Assembly (NCBI GenBank): GCA_013265495.1
Contig: MU058045.1
Span: 717,986 to 781,985 of the forward strand
DNA from: Vicugna vicugna
Lineage: Eukaryota
Length of the DNA stretch: 64,000 nt
Direction of reading: 5' to 3'
The position numbers were made by a program, and so were the translations under genes. The notes beneath the pieces are model-generated. The model was not told where the DNA came from and did not search any database. It saw only the letters and a list, made by a program, of their open reading frames with translations. Shown piece after piece: positions 20,219 through 34,000 of this stretch. Position 1 is the stretch's first letter, and every line of letters begins with the position of its first letter.

Positions 20219-23200
20219 CTGAAAGAGACACCAAGAGCATCAGCGCCCGAGCACCCCTCCAGCTGCACTAAGAGTAATCCCAATGCCCGTCTAACAGGCC
20301 CTGGTTGAGCACCTCTGATGTACGAGGCACCATCCTGGGCCCTGGGGGCACAGAAGTGGGCAAGACACTATGGCCCCTGCCCTCGGGGCATCAGAATTTA
20401 CACCCGCTGTTCCATGGAACCCATTTACACATTTGACGCCAGTGTCAGTGAAGGCAGCTACACGCCCAGGCAGAGCGGACTCCCGATAGAGCTCAGCCTC
20501 TGAACCATCTGGCCGAAGATTTATCATCATCCTCATTCGTCTTTAAATACTGCCATGAAGCAGAATGCTCAGCAAAAGCCCCTGCTTTTCTAGGTCAGAT
20601 GCGGTCCTTGTGTCTTTCAAATGCAAGAATCTCAGCTATCCTACTTCGGGCTTAAAAAGAAAAAGTAAAAGAAGATGATAGTCTGTTTAATTTTATCAGA
20701 ACGGCCAGATAGGCCTCCATTGTGTTTTGCAACATTAGTATATAGTTAAAAAGATGTTTTTGATATATATTGTTAAGCAAGAAATAGTCTAGAAAAACAG
20801 AGCAATCCAGCCTGCAAAAAGATACACACCTATATGTGTAGGTGTATGTGTGTGTATGATACGTATGTGTGAAAATATACAAAGAAGTCTGGAAAAATAA
20901 ATACTAAAATGACAAGGGAACTGTGTAGAGGGAACTGTGGGGGTGCTGCGTATTGATTTTTTTCTTAATTCTTTCCTAAATCTCAACATTTTTAAAGGGG
21001 ACATACATATACCCAAGGTTGTACATATTTTCTTAAGAAACAGTCAATCAGTTATTAAAAAAAATTCCATTCATAACAGCATCAAAAGGAATAAAATGCT
21101 TAGGAATGAACTTAACCAAGGAGGTGACTTTTACACTGAAAACTAGAAAACACTGCCAAAAGAAATGAAAGACCATATAAATAAATGGAAACACATCTCA
21201 CGTTCACGGACTGGAAGATTTCATATGGTTAAAATGTCAGTATTACCCAAAGCAATCTACGGAGTCAATGCGACCCCTATCAAAATCCCAGTGAGGTTTG
21301 GAGCAGAAATAGGAAAACCCACCCCAAAGTTCCCATGGAATCTCAAGGAGCGCCAAACCGCCAGTCACAAAAAAACACGTACTGTGTGAGTCCACTCTAT
21401 GAGCTACTGCGGGTAGTCAAAAATCAGAGAGACCGAAAGGATAAAGGTGGTTGCCAGGGGCTGGGGTGACGGTAGGGGTGGGAACAGGTATAGAGTTTCA
21501 GACTTACAAGATGAAAAGAGTTCCAGGGACGGATGCTGGTGGCAGCTGCACAAAAACGCCAATGTACTTAATACCCCTGAACTGTACACTTACAAATGGT
21601 TAAGGGAAGTATATTCAATATCTTATAATAACCTATGATGATAAAGAATATGTATAAATATGTGTAACTGAACACTATGCTGTACACCAGAAACTAACAC
21701 ACTGTAAATCAACTATACTTCAACTGAAAAACTGAATGGTTAAGATGGTAAATTCCACTATGTATCTTTGAACACAATAACAAAAGTAAAAAAAAGTCTG
21801 TTAAGGCACCTTGATTTACAAGATGCCTGTCATCCCTGAGAAAGAAATCTTCAGCTGAAACACACAGCCCACGTGGCACAGGGCCAGTCACACGATTTAG
21901 AGAAAGACCCGAGGTCAGGTGCACCAGCCTCTCCTCCACAGCTGTACCCTCTCACCAGGGAGCCCGGTCAGCCCCCAGTGATCAGCACAGACAACCCGGA
22001 GGAGCTGTACGGGGAGGGACTAAGGGTCCACGGAGGCACAGGCAGGGGCTCAGGGAGCTCAGAGGAACAGGGGAAGCCTGCAGATGTCACCGAGGGTGGA
22101 GGTGCCTGGACTGCGAGGCTGCAGACACCCATCAGCCCCGCGAGGGAAGGACAGCATCTCAGAGGTTCCGTGGACCTTGCCTTTTGGATTTTTTCACAGA
22201 TTATCTTTAGGGTTTTTTTGTTTGTTTTTTGTTTTCTTTAAAGCACTACTTTAAATTAGCCAGCAGTACACACAATCTCACCCCAAATACTTTGTAATTC
22301 CAGTCCCGATTGACGTTGGCGCTCCACCACTAAATTCTCACACCTTGGAGGGGAAAAACAAAAACTCAAAACAAACGAAAAAAACCAAACAAACCCTGTC
22401 CCGAGGACTGAGACGTGTGAGAAGCCACAGCCCTGGGAATGGCAGAAAGGGAAGCTTTGTATTAGGAGGACAAAGTGGCGACTTTCAGCCTTTCAAAACG
22501 GGACAACCAGCCTGCAGCCCTGGCAGGTGGCGGATGGTTTGGCAGCGGCCCTGGCACACTGTCCATCCTTCCCCCGGGGATGGAAGGGCCCGGGCTGCCC
22601 GCAGCACCGCAGTGGCAGCTCATTTCACGTCCCTGGACCACAGGTGCCCATGCAGCGCCCGGCTCCTCCTTCTCAAGACGCAGGGAGAAAGCACGTCGGC
22701 CAACCCCATTATTTTCTTTTATTCTCTTCATTGGATCAGAGAGGGAGCCAGAGCTTTAGACACAAGGAGAAATGCAGAGAGATGCGCGGGAGCGCGCCCA
22801 TGCGGATGCAGCGCTTCCTGCTCAGCAAGCATCTCCGTTCTGGTCGGGGAAGGGGCGGCCCCGTTGCTCCTCCCCTAGGGAGCTGGGCCTCCCCAGATGC
22901 TGGGAGCCAGAGGCAGCGGTGGTGTTCAGAGACCCCTCCGCGATGCTTCCTTCCCGCCGGAGAATCTGTGGTCCTGCTCACGCCCAGTCTGGCTTGAGAA
23001 CCAGGTAGGGTCTAGACTCTGACGCCACACTGAGGACACCCACGGTTAAGTACTTCCAGAAATCTGTACAAGCCCCAAAGCATACAGAACAGCTTCCCAG
23101 GGCCCCAGGAGCCCTCCTCACCCAGATGGTGCCTGTGCGGCCCAGTGGGCACAGCCTGCACCACATAGCGACCCGGGAGCTGGCGGATGTTTCACTTGAG

Positions 23201-25031
23201 AAATGCCACGTCCATTCCTCTGTGACTTTTTCTCCTGGCTAGTGAAACAGGGCATCCGCCCAACCTGACAGTGTGTGCTGTGAGCCGGGGGCGGGGCCTC
23301 CTCTGGCCATTCTTACCTCACCTGCAACAGGACGGGGTGGGGGGAAGCCCCCATGGGAAGAAACTGAAAAATAACATACATACGGGGGTCTGGCAGTCAA
23401 AGAATAAGAAAAAACAGAACCGCTGGAAACGGAGCCATCAGAGAAAACAGACAAAAATCAAAGCTCTCAAGGAGATTTAAGTGCAGAACAAGAGAACAAC
23501 AGGTTTTAAAATTCAGTACCTGAATTGAAAGCATGCAGGGTCATGGCGAAGACTCAAACTGAAATTTTCAGTGGCCTGAAATTATCTTGAAATCTATGAA
23601 ATTCAGTAAATTCCACAAATTTCATAATTGTGAACGCAATGTTTCACACAAAGTGAGAAAGAGACAGAAATCACCGGGAAAAGCTAGGAGACTGGGAGGA
23701 CAAAACGATGAGAACTAACAGGCAAATAACAGGAATTTGGAAAGTAGGAGAGACAAGAATGGAACAGAAGAGCGTTTCCCTAAAGAAAAGCCTGCATCTA
23801 CAGAAGAAGAGGACTCCCCAAGTTCCAGGCAGGGCTGGTGAACAAACACAGACCCAGGCATATGCGAGTAGAATTTCTAAACTCTAAGGTCACGGCAGAA
23901 TCGTAAAAGTTTCCAGCCAGAAAGAACAAGTGACTCTCACATGAAAAAGAAGAACGTCTCACCTGCGACCCTGGGGCCTGGAAGACCGTGGGAAAACACC
24001 CACAGACGCCCGAGAGGAAAGGACTGCAACCCAAGAGCGCTGCCCCAGCCAAGTTGCCACCCCCTCTGCAGGGGGGGAGTATTTGCGGCCGCCCAAAGAG
24101 TCAGCATATCTGGCATGTCTGAAAAGACCTTTGACTAAGCACCGAAGAACCGAGACCTCAAGTTCCAGGGTGACGAAAAGAAGGCAGACAGGGGTGTTCA
24201 GGGGACCCTGCAATCATGCTCCCCCCCCTGCACATGGTCTCAGAATGTGTTACAGAAAGGTAAGGGAATGTGTTGCGGACGGGGAGAGGGACTGCAGGAG
24301 GAACTGTGACTACAGTCTGGAACAGAGTATGAAAGCACCTTAGTGAAAGCTGAGTTGAGGACTGACGCAGGGGCGTTCCTAGCACAGACTGAGGGAACGG
24401 GTGAGAGCCTTTCAGCGCTCTCATTTTGGGGAGGCGGGGGGTGGCGTGGACGCGTTCTGCAGGTCTCCTCCTATCCGGGGAGAGAGAGCAGGCAGCGATG
24501 GAGTAGGTGACTCTAGGGAAATAGCCGGCTTCTCATATCCATATACTAATAGGAAACATAAATATACATGGGGAATATTGGGAAGTAAATATTGGGAAAC
24601 ATAAAGTAACCATGAACAAGATGGAAAACAACAGAACTTCCAAGTGAATGAGGGGAAAAAAGGGAACACACAGCAGCACGATCAAATCAGTAAAAATAAG
24701 AAAAAAGTAAGTCATAGAAAAAATGTTTTAAATGAAATGAAATCAAGTTTTGTAGTTGTTACAGTAAGTATGAATGGACTGAACTTTCCCTTTGTAAGAC
24801 AGACTCTGAATTTTTGTCGTTAAAAAACCCCCAAACCCAGTTTCTAGCTCCTTAAAAAACTAAAAATACAGTTATCGTATGACCCAGCAATCCCACTCCG
24901 GGCATATGTCCAGACATAACTCTAATTTGAAAAGACACCTGCACCCCAATGTTCACTGCAGCACTATTTACCACAGCCAAGACATGGAAGCAACCTAAAT
25001 ATTCATTGACAGATGACTGGATAAAGATGTG

Positions 25032-25067
<36 letters not shown>

Positions 25068-28000
25068 GAATACTACTCAGCCACAAAAAAGAATGAAATA
25101 GTACCATTTGTAGCAACATGGATGGACCTGGAGATTATCATACTAAGTCAGTCAGACAAAGACAAATGTCATATGATATCACTTATATGTGGAATCTAAA
25201 ATATGATATGAATGAACTTATTTATAAAACAGAAACAGATTCACAGACATAGAAAACAAACATGGTTACCAAAGGGGAGTGGGGTTGGGGAGGGATAAGT
25301 CAGGAGTTTGGAATTAACAGATACACACTACTATATATAAAATAGATAAACAACAAGGTCCTACTGTATACCACAGGGAACTATATTCAATATCTTATAA
25401 TAACCTATGATGGAAAAGAATATGAAAAAGTGTATATACACACATACACACACATATATATATATAAATAACTGAATCACTATGCTATGCACCAAAAACT
25501 CACACAGTATGAATCAAGCATACTTCAGTTAAAAAAGACATGGAGAAGTTAAATACAACAACCAACTCACCTAATTTAGTCGTTAAGATATAAAGCTCCC
25601 ATCCCCCAAACAGACAATGTCCATTATTTTGTGTTCGCACACAACACTGACAAAATCATCACCATGTACTAACTTGATCACAAAAAGGGAATCATTTTTG
25701 AAAACCATATTCTTGAATCACAATCTGTAAAATTAGGTGTAAAGAATAAAAAAGTGACCAAAAACTCTTAAGTACTTGAAACACCCAGATAACCTTGAGA
25801 TGAAAGAGGAAATCAAAACCTGAAATAACACACTCTCTGGAAAGCACTGAGAAAGAGAAAACAAAACCTTTGAGGCTCAATAAAAAGCCACAGAAGACAT
25901 TTACCGTCAGGAGCACCAACACTGAAATGCTTTAGCCCCAGGCCCCCTCCTCTGTGAAGGACCTTTGCAATTTTTTCACAGTCACATTTTCATACAATTG
26001 CAAAAGTAAGGTGTATCTATGTCCTTTCTCTTATAGAGCCTGTCCCAACACCCATCCCCAATGATTTGAGCTGCAGTCCCCACAAAACTTAGATCTGTTT
26101 GTTTTAGTTTAAAATGCCTTCATAACTATCAAGTCCCTATAACCAGAGCTCGCAGAAGGATGAAGTCACCAAGCTATCAGTATTTCCCTACAGGGGACTG
26201 CTGGGATTTGGGAAGGACAAGTCTGTACTGACTGGTACCATCCCTGGGCACTGCAAGCCACTTAGCATCCCCGCCCCCTGGGGACTAAATGCCAGTTGTC
26301 CCCTCTGCTCATTTGACATCCCCGTGGGGGGAGGAGATAGTACTAAACCTCTGTTGGAAACCTACGTGCTGGATTTTGATCTAACAGGAAAATCAGGCCG
26401 GATTCTCAACCATCTCAGAGCCTCTCCAACAGGTTTCAAAATTTATCGCCGTTTTATTCAAACCCCAAGAGGGAACGCTCCCTGTGGAAGCAAGGCTCTT
26501 GCAGTGTCTGAATGGCATAAACTTGAGTTTGGAGCCACACAGCCAGGACTCCGGCTGCCAGAGGGAGCAGATCTATTTGCAGCCCGGCTACCTCCCAGGA
26601 GTTCCTGTGACCGGTTACTTCCTAAGATCAGCTTTCTCCCTTGCAAAAGGGCTAGAATTCCACCTCTCATCTGAGTCGATGAGGTAAGTAAAATGCCTGC
26701 AGGGGCCCGGGGGACAGTTATCCGCCAATGTTACTTCTCCGCCGGCCCTCGCAGTCTCTCTGGGGAGTTTTCTGGAGCTGGGCCTCACCGCTGTCTGAGC
26801 ACCCTGTGGAAAAGCTGGCCATCTTTTGAAGCTGTCTCCTACAGGGGATGTGAAACACATTTCTCCTTGGGAGAACTGAGACATGGCCCAAGGTCCTAGG
26901 CCTCTGGACAGAACTGAGATGAATTTATGAGGCTGTCAGAGACTCATGCTGGTGGGGGATGGACAAGTTGGGGAAAGAACGCCTTTTGTGTTCACCAGAC
27001 ACTACCCTAAATGTGCAGTCATAAAAACGTAAAGGAAAAAGAAATGTCAGAATATATATAATGCATCAAATAGCGGATGCTAAGGAAATCAGACCAACAT
27101 GATACACGCGGGAGAGGTGGTCCCATTCACATTCTAATGGTGAGATTTTGGGAGCCAAAATGCCGAACATCACGGAATAACTAACCAAACTTTGATACAT
27201 AAACTGTAATAATCAGAGGGCTGGATTCCATGATAATCTAAAACCACCTGCAGCTTTGAGATGAGACCATCATATATTTATTCCCAACAGCTCCTTGCCT
27301 GGAGCACACGCCCAGACTTTACGTGACTCACGCGCACTCACGTCTGTGTTCCAAATTCACTCCCTCAGAAGGGCCTTCCCCCCAGCCCCCATCCTCTCTG
27401 CACCCCTTCTCCCACACCCCCAGCCTAGATACCTTCCTCCTCTGATGAGCTCCCTCTTCGCCCTTCTCCCTGCTTTACGGCACGTCATCATATTCCTTTA
27501 CTCGCTGATGCACTGTCTCCCCCCTTTAGATGGTCGGCTCCAGGGAGCAGAGAAAGAAGGTGCCTGCGGCTGGAGGGCAGCGGACAGGGCGGGCTAGGTC
27601 CCGGGAGACCTGATCTGCGCGATGACCAAACCTCTCACGATGACGGACTCTTTATAGACACACTCCAGGCCACGAAGTGCCAGCACTTTCGTAAAGATGA
27701 GGAGCCACGATTGTCATGGAAAATGAAAGCAAGATCAGCAGATTCAACGAGCGTGATAAAACGTACCCTTTTCCTGCCGGGGGAGGCTGTTTGTGAAGGA
27801 GGCAGGCCCCGGCGCCCGGGGCCGGGCGGGAGCGGGGGCAGAGCTCCAGGACAGCAGGCTGCCCCGCGTGCTGCTGTTACTGCTCCCGAGCCGATGCAGC
27901 CAGTGGTCAGACAAGGAGGAGCTGGTGGAACCTGCGGAGGGACCACAGACAGGGCAGGCTGGACCCCACGCCATCCTTCAGGGCCCCCGGGGCGCGTCTC

Positions 28001-31000
28001 ACGGCCGGGTTCACCTCCCGAGCCCTGACCAGGATTACTGATGACGGCTAGAGGAGAACCTGCGCTCGCGGGAAGGCGCCGGGGCACAGAAAGGACAGTG
28101 TGCTGATGAATACCGAAATGCTTTTCACAAAACCACAGGTCGCCAACCCCAGTTTTCCAAATATGGCTTATATTTTACTCTTTCTACATCTATCTTCCAT
28201 GAAAAGAAGGCAGACTTGGCACATCGGTGGATTTAGACCTCCTGGCGCATGTTAGTTTTATTTGGTCATTTTCCAAGCATTTGGGGGGAAAATACCTGAG
28301 GAATTTTTTTGAATGCTCTTTCACCCCCAAAGATAAGGATGGCTAGTTTGCAGAGTGAGATAAGTCCCACAAAATGGTCAGGCTGCCATGCAAGTCTGAG
28401 GCTGCCTAACAGACCCGGCCCTGGCATGTGGTTAAGTAGCTGTTTGCTGTTAAGGCCCCACGCCCCTTGTAACTGCCCTTCCCTTTCTAACGGGACGAAT
28501 ACAGGTTTATGCTGCACAAGCTTAATTAAAATCTGGCTTCACAGGAGTGAGACTGGGGATGAGGACTCCCACACTCCCAAGAGCCACCTGCCAGATGCAA
28601 AATGTGACTCCTTTTCCTCTTCCCGCTCTTGGATTCCAGCATGTCCATCCCACATCCTCACAAGTGGGACACTAGTCTGCAGTCAGGGCTCCCTCGCTCA
28701 GGCCCCTGCCTACCTCTCCAGACCCTGGATGCTCGGTGGAGCATCTTCCCGGTCCCCGGCCCTCCTCTCGCCTGGAACCAGCAGCAGCACCTACCTCTCA
28801 TGGAGCTGCTGGCCGACCAGGGAGGAATGCTGTTTCTCTTCTGATAAAACAGGATGTAAGCGCCTCGGGTATTCACCTCGTCTTCTAGAAGCGGTTCCAC
28901 TGTGCTGTCGTCATAACTGTACCACTGGCCGTCCAGAGAGTTCCGGCAATAGGCTGCGAAGGTCCAAACCCCAAGGCCCCATTACTGCAGCCCCCCAAAA
29001 GCAGGAAGACATTTCCCGCTGGCATAGCTGAAAAACGGACGTTTGTAACAGAATGAGAAACATCGGTCCATGTTTAGCCAGAAATGATTTTTGTGGAATC
29101 AGAAAGGATCCATCAGTTACACCCCCAGATGCTCAGGGATAAAGGAAGCTGTGACACCACGAACGAACCCTTATGTTGCAGGGCTTGCTCAGGCAAAACC
29201 TCCAATAAAAGGGGAGTCCCCATTGGAATGAAAACGCGATTTGCATTTAAATCTTATATGTGGTTTACTTGGACATCGTTGGTTTTAATCTTTAACCTTA
29301 ACTGCAAATTGATTTTTGAATGCTTTTTCCTTCCCTAAGAGCTAATGTTATGATTTCATATAATATACTTCGGATAGATTGCATTGAAAAAATAGTTATT
29401 TTTCCCTTCATGCCTACTGTGATGTTCTGCCAAACCTGAATGATGAAAGATAATTTAAAAAAAAAGATGATTAAAAAAGGGAATCCCGAGTTATTTATGG
29501 GAGCCCCAGGCAACAATGCCAGTGTTCACGCCGTTCTTCTGAGAAGCTTCAGAACGCACGCCTCTGAGTCAGTGTGCAATGAAAGCAGGCAGCTGGATTA
29601 CGGCACACTTCTCTCCTGCCTGAGACCTGCAGTCAGACGTCTAAGAAAACGTCCATAAGTAAGATTCTCACCCCCTTCCAAACAAGTACGAGAAATACTC
29701 CTCTTTTCCTCCGCATCCCAGTAGACGGTGTCATAACACCCCAATCCAGGAGCCAGCCAACTTCTTTCTGTAATGTTTCAGGCTCTGCAGGTCACCAGTG
29801 GCCACACACAGTCTCTGCCATGTATTCTTCTTGCTAGTTTTTTTGTTTTGTTTTGTTTTGTTTTTACCACTTTTTAAAAATGTAAAAACCATTTTAAACG
29901 GAGGCTGCAGCACATGGCAAGGGCCTGGCACAGAAGGGGGCCTTCATAAATATTCGTTCAAGAAATAAATGAGTGATGATCTTGGATTTTTATACAGTCC
30001 AGTGTTTCTAAACTGCAGGGACATTACTAGTACACTAGGAACAGCACACTTTTAAAAAAATGAAATATTTTCATTTTTTCCAAAGATGAAATAATTCATA
30101 TGATTCTAGAACAGACCAAGGTATGTGACGAGGAACAACTGGATGAGGTGTCCAGCTCTCTGTTTCTGTCCTTCCATCCTTCACTCCTCTCAAGTTCCTC
30201 CGAGGGATTCACAATTAAATGTACCCCAGAGAAATAAAAAACACCAAATCTGTTAAGTAAGAGTCCTTGAATCGGATCACAGATGAGGATAAACGTCACT
30301 CCCTGGGTTCCAACAGCCACCCTCCCGTATTTCGTACAGTCGAAAACTCAGGCTGTAACTTTCTATCCCAACCACCAACCTGACTCCACTCTACCCCCGG
30401 ACCCGCCTTTCCCACCCCGGCAGGTGCTGGGCGTGCAGCAGGTGAGGGGTCTGCTTGTGTCGATGCCCAGCAGCCCAGGGGTGCCTCTTCCCGGGGCGTC
30501 TGGAGGCCCGGGCCACAGCCACGGACCGAGAGGCAGGCTCACCTGTGTAATGCCCACCTTGCAAACTGCCGTGGTGGTTGCAGACAGCGTACAAGTCATA
30601 GAGGAAGTCGGGTGGGTAGCTGGTGGGCAGGCAGGCCGGCTGCTTCCAGGAAGGCCAGGGGCCGGGTGTGGCCTTGGGGCCGGCACTCCTCTGGGCCACG
30701 TGGGGAGCCATGTCGAGGCCGGAGAGCGGGAACTTCACCAGCGTGGAGAGCTTGTTTCTCCTCTCCCCGACCTGGCAGAACCTCTTGAGGTGGATGATGA
30801 GGATGTCGGGCAGGGTCCACAGGCTCAGCTTCACCACGCCCTGCTGGAGGGCCTGGCAGTGGGGGCAGCGCCACGCATCGTCCTGGGCCAGCTGGAAAGG
30901 AAGCCACCGGGCCCGTGAGGCCCCCACCCCCAGGCTCACGGCCCACCCGCCGAGACCCCCCCAGCCCCCTGCCCGGCCGGACCTGCTCCTCCTTCGTGTA

Positions 31001-34000
31001 GAACTGGAAACACTCGTCCAGGGTGCAGCTGGGCTGCTGGTGCGCCTGCTGCTGCCGCCACACGCTGTCCGCGTCCTGCACCTGCTCCTCCCGGAGGTTC
31101 CCGAACAGGCTGCGCGGGGGCAGAGCAGACAGAGGGCGTGTGGGCGCCTGGCATCTGCCGGGGAGGCAGGGCCCCCTTCCAAGGGCTCCCGCTCGATTTT
31201 ACTGGCATTCTCGGTCTCCCCTACCAGCTCCAGGAGGGACCAGGTCCTTGGCTACCCTGCTTTGTTTCATGCTGGGGTGCAGGGGCCTGGCATCAGTAGG
31301 AGACTTAGAAATACTGGGCTGAACAAGGTCCTTTCCCAAAGCAGAGCAAGTGCCCTCAGGGTTAGAGAAGCAGCCACGCTGGGTGGTTAAGAGCGCGGGC
31401 TCGAGCCAGGCAGCCTGGGTTCAAATCCTGGCTCTGCCACACATGAGCTGCGTGACACTGAGCAGCCATTTAACTTCTCTGTGCTTCAGTTTCCACACTC
31501 CTCATAGGATGTAATGTGTGAAATAAACTGCATGTCTGTAAAGCGCCGGAGCAGTGACCGGCGCAGGGGGAGGGTAAGCGTCACCTCACCGTCTACAAGC
31601 ATGAGTGACACGACCAGTGCCACCACCCAGCGCCGTCATCGTTGCTATTCCTGTCACTTTATACACAGACGAGTGCCAGCGGGGCTTCTCGGAGGACTGG
31701 GTCACCCAGCGTCCAGGAGGCACGCCTACACCCGACAGTCACGCCGGGGGAACTGGCACAGAACAGGCCCCGTCTCCTCTGCGGGACTCACCGCTCCTTG
31801 GTGCCACTGTCCCACTCCACGGCCAGTTTGACGTGCGGGGGGCCCCCCGGCCTCCTGGGGTGCAGGGCCCTAGGGAGAGAGCATGGAGCCCATCAGGTCT
31901 TGAACTCACAGAAAGTACCCAACCCTGTGGATGGGCACCTCCAGGTCTGGGGCGGGGGAAACGCAGCAGCACCCTGATGAACAAGGTGTGTCTGGGAGAA
32001 GCGCTCCAGCTTGACCAGAGCCGAGGCAGGATCACCCAGGCATGGAGCACCGAGGGGGCGTGCAGTGGGTCGGGGGGATGCTGCGGCCCCCGGACAGGGA
32101 GAGGAACACTTCAAGGAAACAAACCTTTCTAGAAGAAAGACAAAATGTTGTGCATCCATACAACAGAATATTATTCAGCCTTAAAAAGGAAGGAAATTCT
32201 GACACAGGCTCCAACGTGAATGAACCTGAAAACATGACGCTGCGTGAAACGAGCAAATCACAAAAGAATAAGTATTGGACAACTGCACTTATAGCAGGTC
32301 CCTGGAGAGGCCACACGCACAGCGATGGGAAACAGGGGGGTGGCTGCCCGCAGCTGAGGGGTGCGAGGGTGGGGAGCTACTGTTGGGGACTGAGTTTTAG
32401 TTCTGCAAAATTAAGAGATCTGAAGATGGACAGCGGTGGTGGCTGTACTTGACTCTTGAACTGTACACTTAAAAATGGTTAAGATGGCATATTTATATTA
32501 TGTGTATTTGCCACAGTTTAAAAGAAGGAAGTAATTTCTAGGAGAACAAAACGTGCTGGGATAGGGAGGCCAAGGGGCTGAACGCAGGGCTCTGCGAAGG
32601 AGGCGAGAGGCTGAGGCTACCAGATGCTGGGGGAGCTGTGGGAGGGAGGGAGGAGGTGGGGCCGGGCGGCGTGGAGGTGGCGGTGACTGGGAGGGCTGCG
32701 GCCTGCGGGAGGGCTTCCTTCAGCAGGTCTGCTTCTTGGACAACTAGACTCTTTTCCAGTGTCTTCAACCACCTACCATGCAAGGCCCGTTAGTGGGTTG
32801 GTTTCTAAAACCAACAATATTTTTATTGTTTTTTAAATGATAGTTTACAGACCAATACTTTTGTAAAATAGAACAGAAATGTAATGGGGGGGACAGACAA
32901 AACACAAGCTTGAGAAAAAAAATTATGATATCCATCATGCCGTAAATTGCTCTGTCAAGGGCTTTGAAGTTTCTCGGTGCTTCCTTCCAAGTTCTTGTCA
33001 CGGACCGGTGACCACCAGCCTCCGGGGTGGCACCACCAGAGTGCAGCCCACTTGAGCGGCACAGCTCTCTTCTTCAACAAAGAGTGCGTGAGGGCACCCT
33101 TCTCAGGGACCCCTGCCCCGTGCTCTCTCCTCCTGTCGGACCCAAGCAGGTCCTGGCTGACACCCCTCCTGCCTCCTTAACTCTGTAAAGCAACCAGCCG
33201 AAGACGTGCCAATGGGGCGTAGGGCCCAGAACCTTCTGGCTTGCCCCTACCCTGGTTCCTGTCTCTTTTTAAAGGAAGGGGCCCTGCCCTAAAATGATTC
33301 TGACACCAAATCCAAAGTATATTTCTTTTTTTTTTCCCCTCACATCACCAAGCAACTGACTCAATTCGGACACTGTCTACTGGAGGTGGCATCAGATCCC
33401 ATGGGCTGAGGGCTCAGTCCTACAAGACGGCCCCCCCTACCCTCACCCACTTCGGATGCCAGTCACAGGTCCAGGTTGCCACCAGTGCTTCTGACCGACT
33501 GGCTCTGTGATCGGAGGTTCCCATGACCTCTTCTCTGGGTTCCATTAATTTGCTAGGGTGGCTCACAAAACTCAGAGAAACTGTTTGCTTACGAGATTGG
33601 CCGTTTAGCATAAAAGGGTATAACTCAGAGACAGCCAGATGGAAGAGACGCTTAGGGCAAGGCGCGTGGGATGGGGGGCAGGGCTTCCACGCGCTCCGAG
33701 CAGCCACTCCCCCAGAATCTCCTCGTGTTCACCAACCTGGGAGCTCTCCGAACAACGTCCTCTGGGGGTTTGATGATGGTTTCATCACATAGGCATGACT
33801 CATTAGGTCAACGGCCGTTGGCAGTCAACTCAACCTCCAGACCCTCTCCCCTCCTTCGCTCAGGGAAGTGGGACTGAAAGTTCCAACCTCTAATCACACG
33901 ATTTGTTCTCCTGGCCACCAGCCCCAACCTTAGGTGCTTTCCAAAAGCCACCTCACTAACATCAACTCTGGTGTGGTGGAAAGGGGTTTGTTACGAACGT

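Noticed and set aside
19174..20283. Overlapping ORFs around USP43 exon 15
   Set aside because: Alternative-frame and antisense ORFs are expected in GC-rich coding DNA.
28309..31390. Long ORFs of 211-255 aa on the + strand (28309, 30283, 30623)
   Set aside because: They are antisense shadows of GC-rich USP43 exons 11-13, have non-ATG or weak starts, and show no recognisable domain.
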